A DNA stretch of 60,523 bases from an uncultured Bacilli bacterium (GCA_947588765.1 CANPZG010000004.1:1-60523), one strand, 5' to 3'; shown: positions 28,983 through 37,884, counted from the first letter of the stretch. Made by a program: numbers and translations. Notes: generated by a model not told the origin, from the sequence alone.

Positions 28983-30305
28983 ATGAAGAAAATATGGATA
29001 ATTATTACAATTATATTGATTATATGTGTTGGTATTTTTACAATTAATGTATTTAATAGCAAAGATAATAAAGTAATAAAGGATGATTTAGGAAATACAT
29101 TAGCTATAATGATATCAAACGAAAATGGAATAGGATATAAAGATTATGAAAAATCAATATGGCCTAGCAAAGAATATAGATTTAAAGAAGCAAAGTGTTA
29201 TGATATGAATGGTAATTCAGTGGAAAATGTAGTAACATTTAATGAAGAAACAAGAAAAGCAAAAATAACAACAAATCAAACAATAAGTTGTACCTTGTAT
29301 TTTGATAAACCAATAATAACATATTTAAGAAGTAATGATTCAAATGGTATTTTAAGTCAAGAAGAGGTAGGAGGAATGTATAGATACCAAGGAGTTGGAG
29401 TAGAAGAAGCAGCAGATGAAACTCATAAATATGTAGATAACAATTACATTTGTTTTGGAACAAAAGATGAAAGTAAATGTAATTGTGATACTGAGGATAA
29501 TTGTGATAAGTATATGTATCGAATAATAGGAATAACAGCAGATGATGAGTTATATTTAATTAAAATGAAAGTGATTGACGATGGCAATACAAAAACATTT
29601 CAATTAAATTCAAAATATTTAATTGATGATTGTGTTAATAATGCATGTGAATGGGCAAATGTTGAATTATATAAAAGGATAAATGGAGAAGCTTCTCAAA
29701 TAAATATGTCAAATATATTTATAAATAGTGAGAGATATGATTATTTAAAAGATGGAAATCCATGGTATGAAAAAATTGATTATCATAATTGGCTATATGG
29801 TGATATAAATCATATGGCTAACAAAGAATTGAATGGTGAAACAGTTTATGGTGCTTTTAATAATGGTTTAATAGTGTATGAGATAGAAACTGGTTTAAAA
29901 CCAACACAACATTTTGAATATATTAATAATGAATGGAAAATGGTAAAGCATCAATGGAGCCAAGATAAAAAGGTAAAAGCTAAAATAAGATTGATGTATA
30001 TTCATGATGACACTTTAGCATATGATAATATAATAGGTGGTCTTTGGACAGATAATCCAAATAATTGGATAAATTTAAAAAATAGTACGAATACAACGAG
30101 TAGTGAACGCGAATGGTTACTAACAAATTTAGGAAAGGTTAGTGATAGTGCTAACTATTTACATCATTATATGGTATATTCAGAAGGACGCATAGATACA
30201 ACTGAACCGAGTTGGCTCGCACGTGTACGACCTACATTTTATCTAGTAAATACCATTCAATTATCAGGCAAAGGTACAATAGATAATCCATATATCATTA
30301 ATTAA
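28983..30305 (+). CDS. Membrane-anchored paralog D: plain N-terminal TM anchor + unique region + shared Cys domain
   Basis: AGAGGTG RBS 6 nt before ATG 28983. MKKIWIIITIILIICVGIFTI anchor. Shared-domain motifs MYRYQG...NNYICFG...YMYRIIGI ... IRLMYIHDD ... REWLLTN ... VRPTFYL..LSGKGTIDNPYIIN. Confidence 0.8.
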   Translation: MKKIWIIITIILIICVGIFTINVFNSKDNKVIKDDLGNTLAIMISNENGIGYKDYEKSIWPSKEYRFKEAKCYDMNGNSVENVVTFNEETRKAKITTNQTISCTLYFDKPIITYLRSNDSNGILSQEEVGGMYRYQGVGVEEAADETHKYVDNNYICFGTKDESKCNCDTEDNCDKYMYRIIGITADDELYLIKMKVIDDGNTKTFQLNSKYLIDDCVNNACEWANVELYKRINGEASQINMSNIFINSERYDYLKDGNPWYEKIDYHNWLYGDINHMANKELNGETVYGAFNNGLIVYEIETGLKPTQHFEYINNEWKMVKHQWSQDKKVKAKIRLMYIHDDTLAYDNIIGGLWTDNPNNWINLKNSTNTTSSEREWLLTNLGKVSDSANYLHHYMVYSEGRIDTTEPSWLARVRPTFYLVNTIQLSGKGTIDNPYIIN

Positions 30306-30371
30306 ATTGCTATTATTTCTTTTTAATCTTTAATATGTTATACTTATTATATTGAAAAGGAGATGGTAGAT

Positions 30372-31121
30372 ATGTTAGTTGATAAAATTAAACATGAATT
30401 AATAGAACAACGAAAATCAAAATTTAAGGGTAATATCTATCATTATTCTCAAGTTAATTTTGCTTATCATTCCAATAAAATTGAAGGTAGTCAATTAACT
30501 GAAGATGAGACTGAAGAAATATTTGAAACGGACTCTTTTATTCCTAAAAGTGATAAGATAATAAAACTTAATGATTTAACAGAAATGAAGAATCATTTTC
30601 GTCTATTTGATTATTGTTTAGACATTATTGATGAACCATTAACTAAAGATATAATTATAAATATGAATGTAATTTTAAAAAGAAATACTACTGATGAAGA
30701 AAATCCTCGATATAATGTCGGAGGTTTTAAAATTGTTCCCAATAAGATAGGGCTTATTAATGTAATAAATACATCAAGTCCCGAAGATGTGGAAAAAGAA
30801 TTAGATAACTTATTAAAGGAATATAAAAAAATAAATAATGTTACGATTGAAGATATTATAGATTTTCATTATCGTTTTGAATGTATTCACCCTTTTGGCG
30901 ATGGTAATGGTCGCGTGGGTAGAATTATTATGTTTAAGGAATGTTTAAAAAATAACATTATGCCTTTTATTGTTTTAGATAATGATAAACCTTATTATAT
31001 GCGGGGATTAAAAAATTATAAAGAAGATAAAATGTTTTTAATAGATACAATTAAACATGAACAAGATTTATATGAAAGTGCAGCTCAAGAAATGTTAAAT
31101 TTTGAATTAAAAGATAATTAA
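30372..31121 (+). CDS. Fic-family protein (probable AMPylase) with an N-terminal inhibitory motif
   Basis: Fic active-site motif HPFGDGNGRVGR (nt 30888-30923). An [ST]xxxE[GN] motif, SNKIEG, lies at nt 30471-30488. AAGGAG RBS 9 nt before ATG 30372. Confidence 0.88.
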   Translation: MLVDKIKHELIEQRKSKFKGNIYHYSQVNFAYHSNKIEGSQLTEDETEEIFETDSFIPKSDKIIKLNDLTEMKNHFRLFDYCLDIIDEPLTKDIIINMNVILKRNTTDEENPRYNVGGFKIVPNKIGLINVINTSSPEDVEKELDNLLKEYKKINNVTIEDIIDFHYRFECIHPFGDGNGRVGRIIMFKECLKNNIMPFIVLDNDKPYYMRGLKNYKEDKMFLIDTIKHEQDLYESAAQEMLNFELKDN

Positions 31122-31179
31122 TTATAAAAAATAGTTTAATTAATTATCTTTTTTTGATAAAATAAAATAGGTGATACTA

Positions 31180-32304
31180 ATGAAGAATATAAAGGAATTA
31201 GATTTAAAAGACAAAAGAGTTATAGTTCGTTGTGATTTTAATGTGCCATTTAAAGACGGTGAAATTCTGGATACTAATAAAATTGAAATGAGTATACCAA
31301 CAATTAATTATTTATTAGATAATAATTGTAAAGTAATATTATTAAGTCACTTAGGTCGAGTAAAAGAAGAAAGTGATAAGAATAAAAATACTTTAGAAAA
31401 GGTAGCTCAAGTATTATCTAAGTTATTAAAGAGAAATGTTAAGTTTGTATGTGAATGTTATGGAAGACAAGTAAAACAAATTGTTGATGAAGCTTCTTTA
31501 GGAGAAGTAATTTTATTACAAAATACGAGATGGATGGATTATCCGGAAAAATTAGAAAGTAAAAATAATGAAGCTTTAGCTAAGTTTTGGGCTAGTCTTG
31601 CTGACGTGTATGTTAATGATGCTTTTGGTTCTTGCCATCGAGCTCATGCTTCAACTGCGGGTATTGCTAAATATTTACCTCATGCTGTTGGTTTTTTAGT
31701 AGAAAAAGAAATTAAAGAATTAGATATCTTAATTCATAATACGCCAAGACCATTCACAGTATTCATGGGTGGGGCTAAAGTTGATGATAAATTGCCGATT
31801 ATTAAGGCTCTTTTACCTAAATGTGATTTTCTTCTTTTAGGTGGTGGTATTGCCAATTCTTTCCTAAAAGCTTGTGGGGTTGATGTTGGTAAAAGTATTG
31901 CAACTACAGATGAAGAGGTTATAAAAGAATTGAAAACTTTATTGAGTGATTATAAAGAAAAAATAGTGTTACCAAAAGATTCCGTAGCCTGTGATGGTGC
32001 CATAATGGATTATGGAGAAAAAACTGTAAACAAATATCAAGAATATATTAATGAAAGTAATATCGTTTTTGTCAATGGAACCATGGGAAAATACGAAGAT
32101 GATGACTTTAAAAAGGGAACGTTAACTTTCTTTGAAATGTTGGCTAGATCTGGTAAAAGTGTTATAATTGGAGGTGGAGATACGGTATCAGCCGTAAAAA
32201 AATTAGGCTTTGAAGATAAATTCCAATTTTTATCAACTGGTGGAGGCGCCACATTAGAATACATTGCTAATGGAAAACTAGAAGCCTTAGAATGGATGGA
32301 GTAA
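31180..32304 (+). CDS. pgk: Phosphoglycerate kinase
   Basis: RVIVRCDFNVP, LLSHLGR, LQNTRW, GGAKVDDKL, STGGGATLEY. AGGTGA RBS before ATG 31180; the ORF track opens at GTG 31171. Confidence 0.95.
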   Translation: MKNIKELDLKDKRVIVRCDFNVPFKDGEILDTNKIEMSIPTINYLLDNNCKVILLSHLGRVKEESDKNKNTLEKVAQVLSKLLKRNVKFVCECYGRQVKQIVDEASLGEVILLQNTRWMDYPEKLESKNNEALAKFWASLADVYVNDAFGSCHRAHASTAGIAKYLPHAVGFLVEKEIKELDILIHNTPRPFTVFMGGAKVDDKLPIIKALLPKCDFLLLGGGIANSFLKACGVDVGKSIATTDEEVIKELKTLLSDYKEKIVLPKDSVACDGAIMDYGEKTVNKYQEYINESNIVFVNGTMGKYEDDDFKKGTLTFFEMLARSGKSVIIGGGDTVSAVKKLGFEDKFQFLSTGGGATLEYIANGKLEALEWME

Positions 32305-33030
32305 ATGAAATATTTAGTATGTAATTTAAAAAATAAAATGGGGTTAACTGATTTTCTAAAATACAATACTAATTTAAAAGATATTGAACCTTTAGGTACT
32401 AAGTTAATTATTGCACCTTCAAGTGCTTACTTTTTGATGATGAATCCAATTAATTATAGTTTAGCTAGTCAAGATATTACTTCTTTAATTGATGAAACGG
32501 TAACTGGTGAACTAACAGGAAGACAACTAGCATCATACAACATAAAGTATTGCATTGTAGGTCATAGTGAAAGAAGAATATTTAAAAAAGAAATAAATAT
32601 TGATTTTATAAATAAAATAACAGAAGCCGTTAATCATGGTTTAAGTGTTATTTATTGTATTGGGGAAACGTTACAAGAAAAAAATAATAATCAAACTAAA
32701 GAAGTATTGGATAGGCAAATTAGTGAAGTTTTAAATAATGTTGAATTAAAAGATATTATTATTGCTTATGAACCAGTTTGGGCTATTGGTAGTGGTAAAG
32801 TTCCTACGAATAAAGAAATAGAAGAAAATATAAATTATATTAAGAAAATTATTCGGGAAAAATATGATTTAAATATGCCAGTATTATATGGTGGTAGTGT
32901 TAATCCTGATAATATAACAACTTTAGTAGATTTAAAAAATGCTGATGGTTTTTTAGTAGGAGGGGCTAGTTTAGATGTCTCATCTATCAAAGAAATTTTA
33001 AAAGTTATGAATGAAGCTAGATGGGACTAA
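32305..33030 (+). CDS. tpiA: Triosephosphate isomerase (short, 241 aa)
   Basis: Catalytic Lys context CNLKNKM, VGHSERR, AYEPVWAIGSG, LYGGSV. The start abuts the pgk stop (TAAATG). Confidence 0.9.
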   Translation: MKYLVCNLKNKMGLTDFLKYNTNLKDIEPLGTKLIIAPSSAYFLMMNPINYSLASQDITSLIDETVTGELTGRQLASYNIKYCIVGHSERRIFKKEINIDFINKITEAVNHGLSVIYCIGETLQEKNNNQTKEVLDRQISEVLNNVELKDIIIAYEPVWAIGSGKVPTNKEIEENINYIKKIIREKYDLNMPVLYGGSVNPDNITTLVDLKNADGFLVGGASLDVSSIKEILKVMNEARWD

Positions 33031-33071
33031 AATTGGTCCTTTTTCTTTTTATATAGATTTAAGTCCTTTAT

Positions 33072-33108
33072 TTCGACAAATGTTTACAGCGATTGACATA
33101 TCTCGACA
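33072..33108. promoter_or_regulatory. Two Spo0A-box-like elements plus a TTGACA hexamer upstream of spo0A
   Basis: TTCGACA (33072-33078) is the reverse complement of the consensus TGTCGAA. CTCGACA (33102-33108) is the reverse complement of TGTCGAG, a 6/7 match. TTGACA at 33093-33098 lies between them. Confidence 0.5.
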
Positions 33109-33184
33109 GAAGTTTTTGTAGCTTTTTGTAAATTATCCATTTATAATGATGACATGTGCGGTAAAAAGGAAAGGAAACATTATT

Positions 33185-33949
33185 TTGAAAAAGTTTATTA
33201 ATGTAGTTGTCATTGATGACAATGAAGTAGTAACTAGTAACATGAAGAAGTACTTTTTAAGTAGTGAGAAGATTAACATTCAAAAAATATTCAAGGATGG
33301 AAAGACTGGTTTAGATTATTTAATAAATAATGCCACAGAATATGATATCGTTATAATGGATTTGTTGTTACCAAATATTGATGGTATTGCTATTCTAGAA
33401 GAATTAAATAATAAAAATATTAGTAAGACTACCATTATTTTATCTAATTATAAGGATGATTATTCTGTTCAAAGAGCTAGAAGTTTGGGAGCAGCATTTT
33501 ATATGCTAAAACCATTTAGTATGGAATCTTTAGAAAAGAGAATTTTAGATATTAATAAGGAATATAATGCGAAAGTAGAAAATGCTAATAATTATGTGGA
33601 ATTAGAAATTAGTTCAATGTTACATGAATTAGGTATACCAACTCATATCTTAGGTTATCAATATTTAAGAGAAGGAATATTATATTTGTATGAACATCCC
33701 CGAAATTATTCTTTAGTAACAAAAGATGTATATCCAGCTGTTGCTGAAAAATATGATACTACACCTCAACGAGTTGAAAGAGCAATTAGACATGCTATCG
33801 AAGTTAGCTGGGTAAGAGGTGATTTAAAATTAATGGAAAGTTTATTTGGCAACAGCATAGATTTTGAAAAAGCAAGACCTACTAATAGCGAATTCTTAAC
33901 AACTATTGCTGATAGATTAAAAATAAATTCCAAAATATTAATTGGTTAA
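33185..33949 (+). CDS. spo0A: Sporulation master regulator Spo0A (receiver domain + Spo0A-specific DNA-binding domain)
   Basis: Receiver: VVVIDDNE...DIVIMDLLLPNIDG. Spo0A_C: HELGIPTHILGYQYLREGI..., TTPQRVERAIRHAIEVSW, KPTNSEFLTTIADRL. Preferred start is TTG 33185 after AAAGGAAAGGAAA; the ORF track opens at ATG 33146. Confidence 0.9.
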   Translation: MKKFINVVVIDDNEVVTSNMKKYFLSSEKINIQKIFKDGKTGLDYLINNATEYDIVIMDLLLPNIDGIAILEELNNKNISKTTIILSNYKDDYSVQRARSLGAAFYMLKPFSMESLEKRILDINKEYNAKVENANNYVELEISSMLHELGIPTHILGYQYLREGILYLYEHPRNYSLVTKDVYPAVAEKYDTTPQRVERAIRHAIEVSWVRGDLKLMESLFGNSIDFEKARPTNSEFLTTIADRLKINSKILIG

Positions 33950-33977
33950 AAATGATTCCCAAAAAAATCATTTTTTT
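33949..33977 (+). terminator. Terminator after spo0A
   Basis: AAAATGATT-cccaaaaa-AATCATTTTTTT. Confidence 0.6.
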
Positions 33978-34040
33978 ATTGGCAAAAAATTGTAATTTTT
34001 AAAATGATATGGTATTATTTTATATAGAATAGGTGATTAT

Positions 34041-35537
34041 ATGAAAAAACTATTAACAATTATTTTTGATGGCTTTGGTATGAGAGAAGAAACTAAAGGT
34101 AATGCTGTAAAGTTAGCCAATATGCCTAATTTTAATAATATGTGGGAAAATTATCCCCATGCACTACTCAGTGCTAGTGAAGAAGCTGTTGGTTTAAAGG
34201 CTGGCCAAGTTGGAAATAGTGAAGTAGGACATTCTACGATTGGGGCTGGACGAGTATTAAAACAAAGTGAAGTTTTGGTCGATGAATTTTTAGAAAATGT
34301 TGATGAGACTAACGAAACTGTTGCCAAGCTTTTAGAATTAAAAGAAAAAGATATCCATATTGTAGGCTTATGTAGCGACGGTAATGTTCATGCTGGAGTG
34401 GATGATTTTCTAAATGTTTTTAATTTTTTAGCTAATCATGGTTTTAAAAAAATCCATTTTCATCTTATAACTGATGGTAGAGATACGGCTGTAAATGTTG
34501 CTTATAATTATATAAAGATGATAGAAGCAGCAATTAAGAAAAATAAAGTTGGTAATATCGCAACAATATGTGGTAGATATTATGCCATGGATAGAGATGA
34601 AAATTGGGATAGAACAAAAATATATTATGATTTAATTGTTAATGGAAAGGGAAGTTTATCTTTAAATGTTGAAAAATCTTTAAAAGCATCATATGAAGCT
34701 GGCGTAACTGATGAGTTTATTAAACCAATTATTCTGGCTAAAGATATGATAAAAAAAGATGATGTTGTTATTTGGATGAATTACAGAGCTGATCGCTCAA
34801 AACAATTGTTAATAGCTTTAACTAATCCGGAATTTAATGAATTTAGAACTACAAAATTAGATATTGAACTATTTACTTTATTTGACATTGATAAAAGAAT
34901 TAAAAGTAATGTTTTCTTAGAAACACCTTCGGTAAAAGAACCTTTAGGTATATATTTATCGGAATTAGGTTTAACGCAAGCAAGAGTAGCGGAAAGTGAA
35001 AAATTTCCTCATGTAACTTACTTCTTTGATGGTGGATTTAATGGTAAAATAGATAAATGTGATAAATTTCATATTCCATCACCAGAAGTTGCAACTTATG
35101 ATTTAATGCCCGAAATGAGTGCTTATAATGTAACTAAAAAAGTAATTAATTGTATGGTTAATGATTATGATTTTATCTTAGTTAATTTTGCTAATCCTGA
35201 TATGGTAGGGCATACTGGTAATTTAGATGCAGCAATTAAAGCTTGTGAAGTAGTTGATGAATGTTTAGGCAAATTAATTGAGAAAGCTGATGAGAATTTC
35301 TATAAAATTATTTTACTCGCGGACCATGGTAATTGTGATACCATGATAAATCTTGATGGTTCTCCTTGTACCACTCATTCCATTGAAAAAGTTCCTTTTA
35401 TAGTGATGGATAACAAAATTGGCTTACAAAAAATAGGAACTCTTGCTAACGTGGCTCCAACAATATTAGATTATTTAGATATTGCAGTACCTAAAGATAT
35501 GCAAGAAACTGATACAATTTTAATTGATGGTGATTAA
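34041..35537 (+). CDS. gpmI: 2,3-bisphosphoglycerate-independent phosphoglycerate mutase
   Basis: LTIIFDGFG, GNSEVGHSTIGAGR, HLITDGRDT, ADHGNCD (metalloenzyme superfamily, iPGM). Confidence 0.95.
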   Translation: MKKLLTIIFDGFGMREETKGNAVKLANMPNFNNMWENYPHALLSASEEAVGLKAGQVGNSEVGHSTIGAGRVLKQSEVLVDEFLENVDETNETVAKLLELKEKDIHIVGLCSDGNVHAGVDDFLNVFNFLANHGFKKIHFHLITDGRDTAVNVAYNYIKMIEAAIKKNKVGNIATICGRYYAMDRDENWDRTKIYYDLIVNGKGSLSLNVEKSLKASYEAGVTDEFIKPIILAKDMIKKDDVVIWMNYRADRSKQLLIALTNPEFNEFRTTKLDIELFTLFDIDKRIKSNVFLETPSVKEPLGIYLSELGLTQARVAESEKFPHVTYFFDGGFNGKIDKCDKFHIPSPEVATYDLMPEMSAYNVTKKVINCMVNDYDFILVNFANPDMVGHTGNLDAAIKACEVVDECLGKLIEKADENFYKIILLADHGNCDTMINLDGSPCTTHSIEKVPFIVMDNKIGLQKIGTLANVAPTILDYLDIAVPKDMQETDTILIDGD

Positions 35538-35551
35538 AAAATAAAAAGTTT

Positions 35552-35591
35552 TATGACGAAATTCTTTGCAAATGCAAAAAAATTCGTCATA
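35552..35591. repeat. Left copy of a 40-bp element whose exact reverse complement recurs at 38025-38064
   Basis: TATGACGAAATTCTTTGCAAATGCAAAAAAATTCGTCATA. It is an imperfect palindrome with 6 asymmetric positions, so its orientation can be determined. Confidence 0.9.
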
Positions 35592-35614
35592 AGATAGCAA
35601 TAATAAAAGCAACG

Positions 35615-35641
35615 AAATGTTTCAGTACGACTGAAACATTT
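35615..35641. terminator. Perfect 12-bp stem hairpin in the gpmI-downstream spacer
   Basis: AAATGTTTCAGT-acg-ACTGAAACATTT followed by T. Confidence 0.5.
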
Positions 35642-35655
35642 TATCAAATTATGCA

Positions 35656-35684
35656 AAATCTTTCACTGGCACTGAAAGATTTTT
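35656..35684. terminator. Second hairpin (10-bp stem), sequence-related to the one at 35615
   Basis: AAATCTTTCA-ctggcac-TGAAAGATTT followed by TT. It shares ACTGAAA[CG]ATTTT with the previous hairpin. Confidence 0.45.
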
Positions 35685-35751
35685 ATAATGAATTAATTTA
35701 TATAGGTTATAGTGTAAATGCTTATAATAACAAAAGTAGACTATTTAAAGC

Positions 35752-35958
35752 CTACTTTTGTTGTGCTGTTACTTTTTCATCATCGTCATCTTCTAAATTA
35801 TTTAAAGCATATTCAATACAATCATTAATTAATTTATTCATTGAAATATTATGTTTAGAAGATAAATCTTCAATTTTTTTGTATGTTGATACTTTAATTC
35901 TTATTGTTTTTAGCATAGTCTTTTCTTCTTGAATGGTGGGTATTTTAAATTTTTCCAT
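35752..35958 (-). CDS. Ribbon-helix-helix (CopG/Arc-like) small regulator, 68 aa
   Basis: GAGG RBS then ATG 35958. MEKFKIPTIQEEKTMLKTIRIKVSTYKKIEDLSSKHNISMNKLINDCIEYALNNLEDDDDEK is an RHH pattern. Divergent from paralog C. The ORF track extends to 36117 without an RBS. Confidence 0.7.
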   Translation of the reverse strand: MEKFKIPTIQEEKTMLKTIRIKVSTYKKIEDLSSKHNISMNKLINDCIEYALNNLEDDDDEKVTAQQK

Positions 35959-36045
35959 AACTACCTCTTTCTTTAAAATTATAGGATATTTTATTACATT
36001 TTTTAAAGGTTTACAAAAATAATACAAATTGTGTACGTTTTGTAC

Positions 36046-36074
36046 TTGAAATATACCTATGAATAATTTAAAAT
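36046..36074 (+). promoter_or_regulatory. Candidate sigma-A promoter of paralog C
   Basis: TTGAAA (36046-36051), 17-nt spacer, TAAAAT (36069-36074). Confidence 0.4.
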
Positions 36075-36138
36075 AATATATAGAGATAATAAGAATAAAA
36101 CAAAATAAATTAAACACAATAATAGAAGGAGTAGTACT

Positions 36139-37884
36139 ATGGAAGATAAGAACAAAAGAAAAAGTATAATATATTTAATAATAGGTATTGTAACATTAAT
36201 AGCTTTAATAGCCGGAGCAACATATGCTTACTTTCAAGCTCAAACTGGAAATAATGCTGTAGCTAATTTAAATACAACCACAGGTACAACAGATAATCTA
36301 ACATTTTCAACAGAAGGAGAAATAGAAATAAATGCAAGTGCTGATAACTTTGGCGAAAATATGGGAGCCCAAGTATCACAAGCAAGTGCCATAGCAACAT
36401 TAATCCCAAATAATACAAATAATCAAGCTAAAGAAAAATATAATGTCTATTTAGTAATAAATGAAAACCCATTTGAATATACAAATGGAGAAGAAAATCC
36501 AGAATTAGTATTAACAGTAACAAAAGATGGAGGAGAATATACAAAAGTCCAAGATTTAACAATTAAAAATAATATAACGATAAATACTAAAGAGGGAGAA
36601 GACTTAACAAGTGAAACAATAAAAGGATATGATATAACAACAAAAAGAGGATTAATCAAGATAGCCGAAGGGGAAGATATCATAGCAGATAATAAAACCG
36701 AAACTGATAAATGGGAAATAAGTATCATATTAAAGAATTTAGAAACCAATCAACAATTAAATACAGGAAAAGTATTTAATGGTAAGATAATAATTCAAAA
36801 AGAAGAAATACCAACCAAGATATTAGATGTATGTAAAAGTGGAGACAATATAGCCGATTGTTTAATCAAATTACATGATGAGAGTGAATATGGAATAACA
36901 AAGTTAGTATACCATAATGAACAAGAAGATTATAAAGGAGAAACAAACTATACAGAAGAAGCTGGAGACCTTTCATATAGATATAGTGGCTCAAGTGCAG
37001 AAGTAAATAATTATATCTGTTTTGGAGGAGACTGCTCAAACGACCCAACCAATCCAAATTATTCTAATTTGTATCGGATAATAGGAGTGTTTCCAACAAC
37101 AGCAACAAAAGATTCATTGAATAAAGAATACCAATTAAAAATAATAAAAGCCGATTATGCAACAGCTGAAGAATTAGGTGGAGAAGGAATAGGAGCATAT
37201 TATGGTCCCTATGGTTCAGAAAGTACATATAAGGGAAATTCAACATATCTAGGAAAGGTAACAAGATATTATTGGAATAGAGAACAAAACAATTCAGGTG
37301 ATAATACAAATGATTGGAGTAAAAGTAATTTAAATACTGAAAATTTAAATAAATATTTTTTAGATGAATATTTAAAACCTAAAGATGATGGTAAATGGTA
37401 TAATATGATAGAAGAACACTCATGGATAACTGCCGGAGTTAACTGGACAAAAATAAAAATGCAAAATGCCAAAACAATATATTTAAATGAAATAGTAAAT
37501 TTAGATGTAGGAACAGCATTAACAAGTGCGGTACCAGAAGTTACAGCAAGAGTGGGATTAATGTATATAAGTGATTATATGTATGGAGCAAGTCAAGAAC
37601 ATTGGTCAAAAGCAGGAAATAATAATGGCATTAATGATTATAGTGAAAGTAAAAGCAATAATTGGATATATATGGGTTTAGGAGAATGGTTAATTACTAG
37701 ACAAGTTGAAAGTCCAAATCGAGCACTTACAGTACACGTTTATGGGCTTGTGAGTGATGGTTATGTATATGAGGATAATCCTAACTATAACGTGACAATT
37801 AGACCAATAGTTTATCTGAAGCCTGATGTGAAAATTTTCGCAGGCTCTGGTACAAGTAATGACCCATACATAATTTCTGAATGA
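36139..37884 (+). CDS. Secreted-protein paralog C (intact 581 aa): SipW-like signal + N-module + shared Cys domain
   Basis: GAAGGAG RBS. MEDKNKRKSIIYLIIGIVTLIALIAGATYAYFQAQT. Shared-domain motifs SYRYSGS..NNYICFGGDCS..LYRIIGVFP ... VGLMYISDYMYGAS ... NNWIYMGLGEWLITR ... IRPIVYL..GSGTSNDPYIISE. Ends at a TGA stop. Confidence 0.85.
   Translation: MEDKNKRKSIIYLIIGIVTLIALIAGATYAYFQAQTGNNAVANLNTTTGTTDNLTFSTEGEIEINASADNFGENMGAQVSQASAIATLIPNNTNNQAKEKYNVYLVINENPFEYTNGEENPELVLTVTKDGGEYTKVQDLTIKNNITINTKEGEDLTSETIKGYDITTKRGLIKIAEGEDIIADNKTETDKWEISIILKNLETNQQLNTGKVFNGKIIIQKEEIPTKILDVCKSGDNIADCLIKLHDESEYGITKLVYHNEQEDYKGETNYTEEAGDLSYRYSGSSAEVNNYICFGGDCSNDPTNPNYSNLYRIIGVFPTTATKDSLNKEYQLKIIKADYATAEELGGEGIGAYYGPYGSESTYKGNSTYLGKVTRYYWNREQNNSGDNTNDWSKSNLNTENLNKYFLDEYLKPKDDGKWYNMIEEHSWITAGVNWTKIKMQNAKTIYLNEIVNLDVGTALTSAVPEVTARVGLMYISDYMYGASQEHWSKAGNNNGINDYSESKSNNWIYMGLGEWLITRQVESPNRALTVHVYGLVSDGYVYEDNPNYNVTIRPIVYLKPDVKIFAGSGTSNDPYIISE

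Noticed and set aside
35651-35932. Plus-strand 93-aa ORF overlapping the RHH gene, and the 5' extension of the minus-strand ORF to 36117.
   Set aside because: The plus-strand ORF is antisense to the RHH coding sequence and starts inside hairpin repeats. The minus-strand extension (MFNLFCFILIIS...) has no RBS, whereas ATG 35958 has a GAGG RBS and gives a complete RHH fold.
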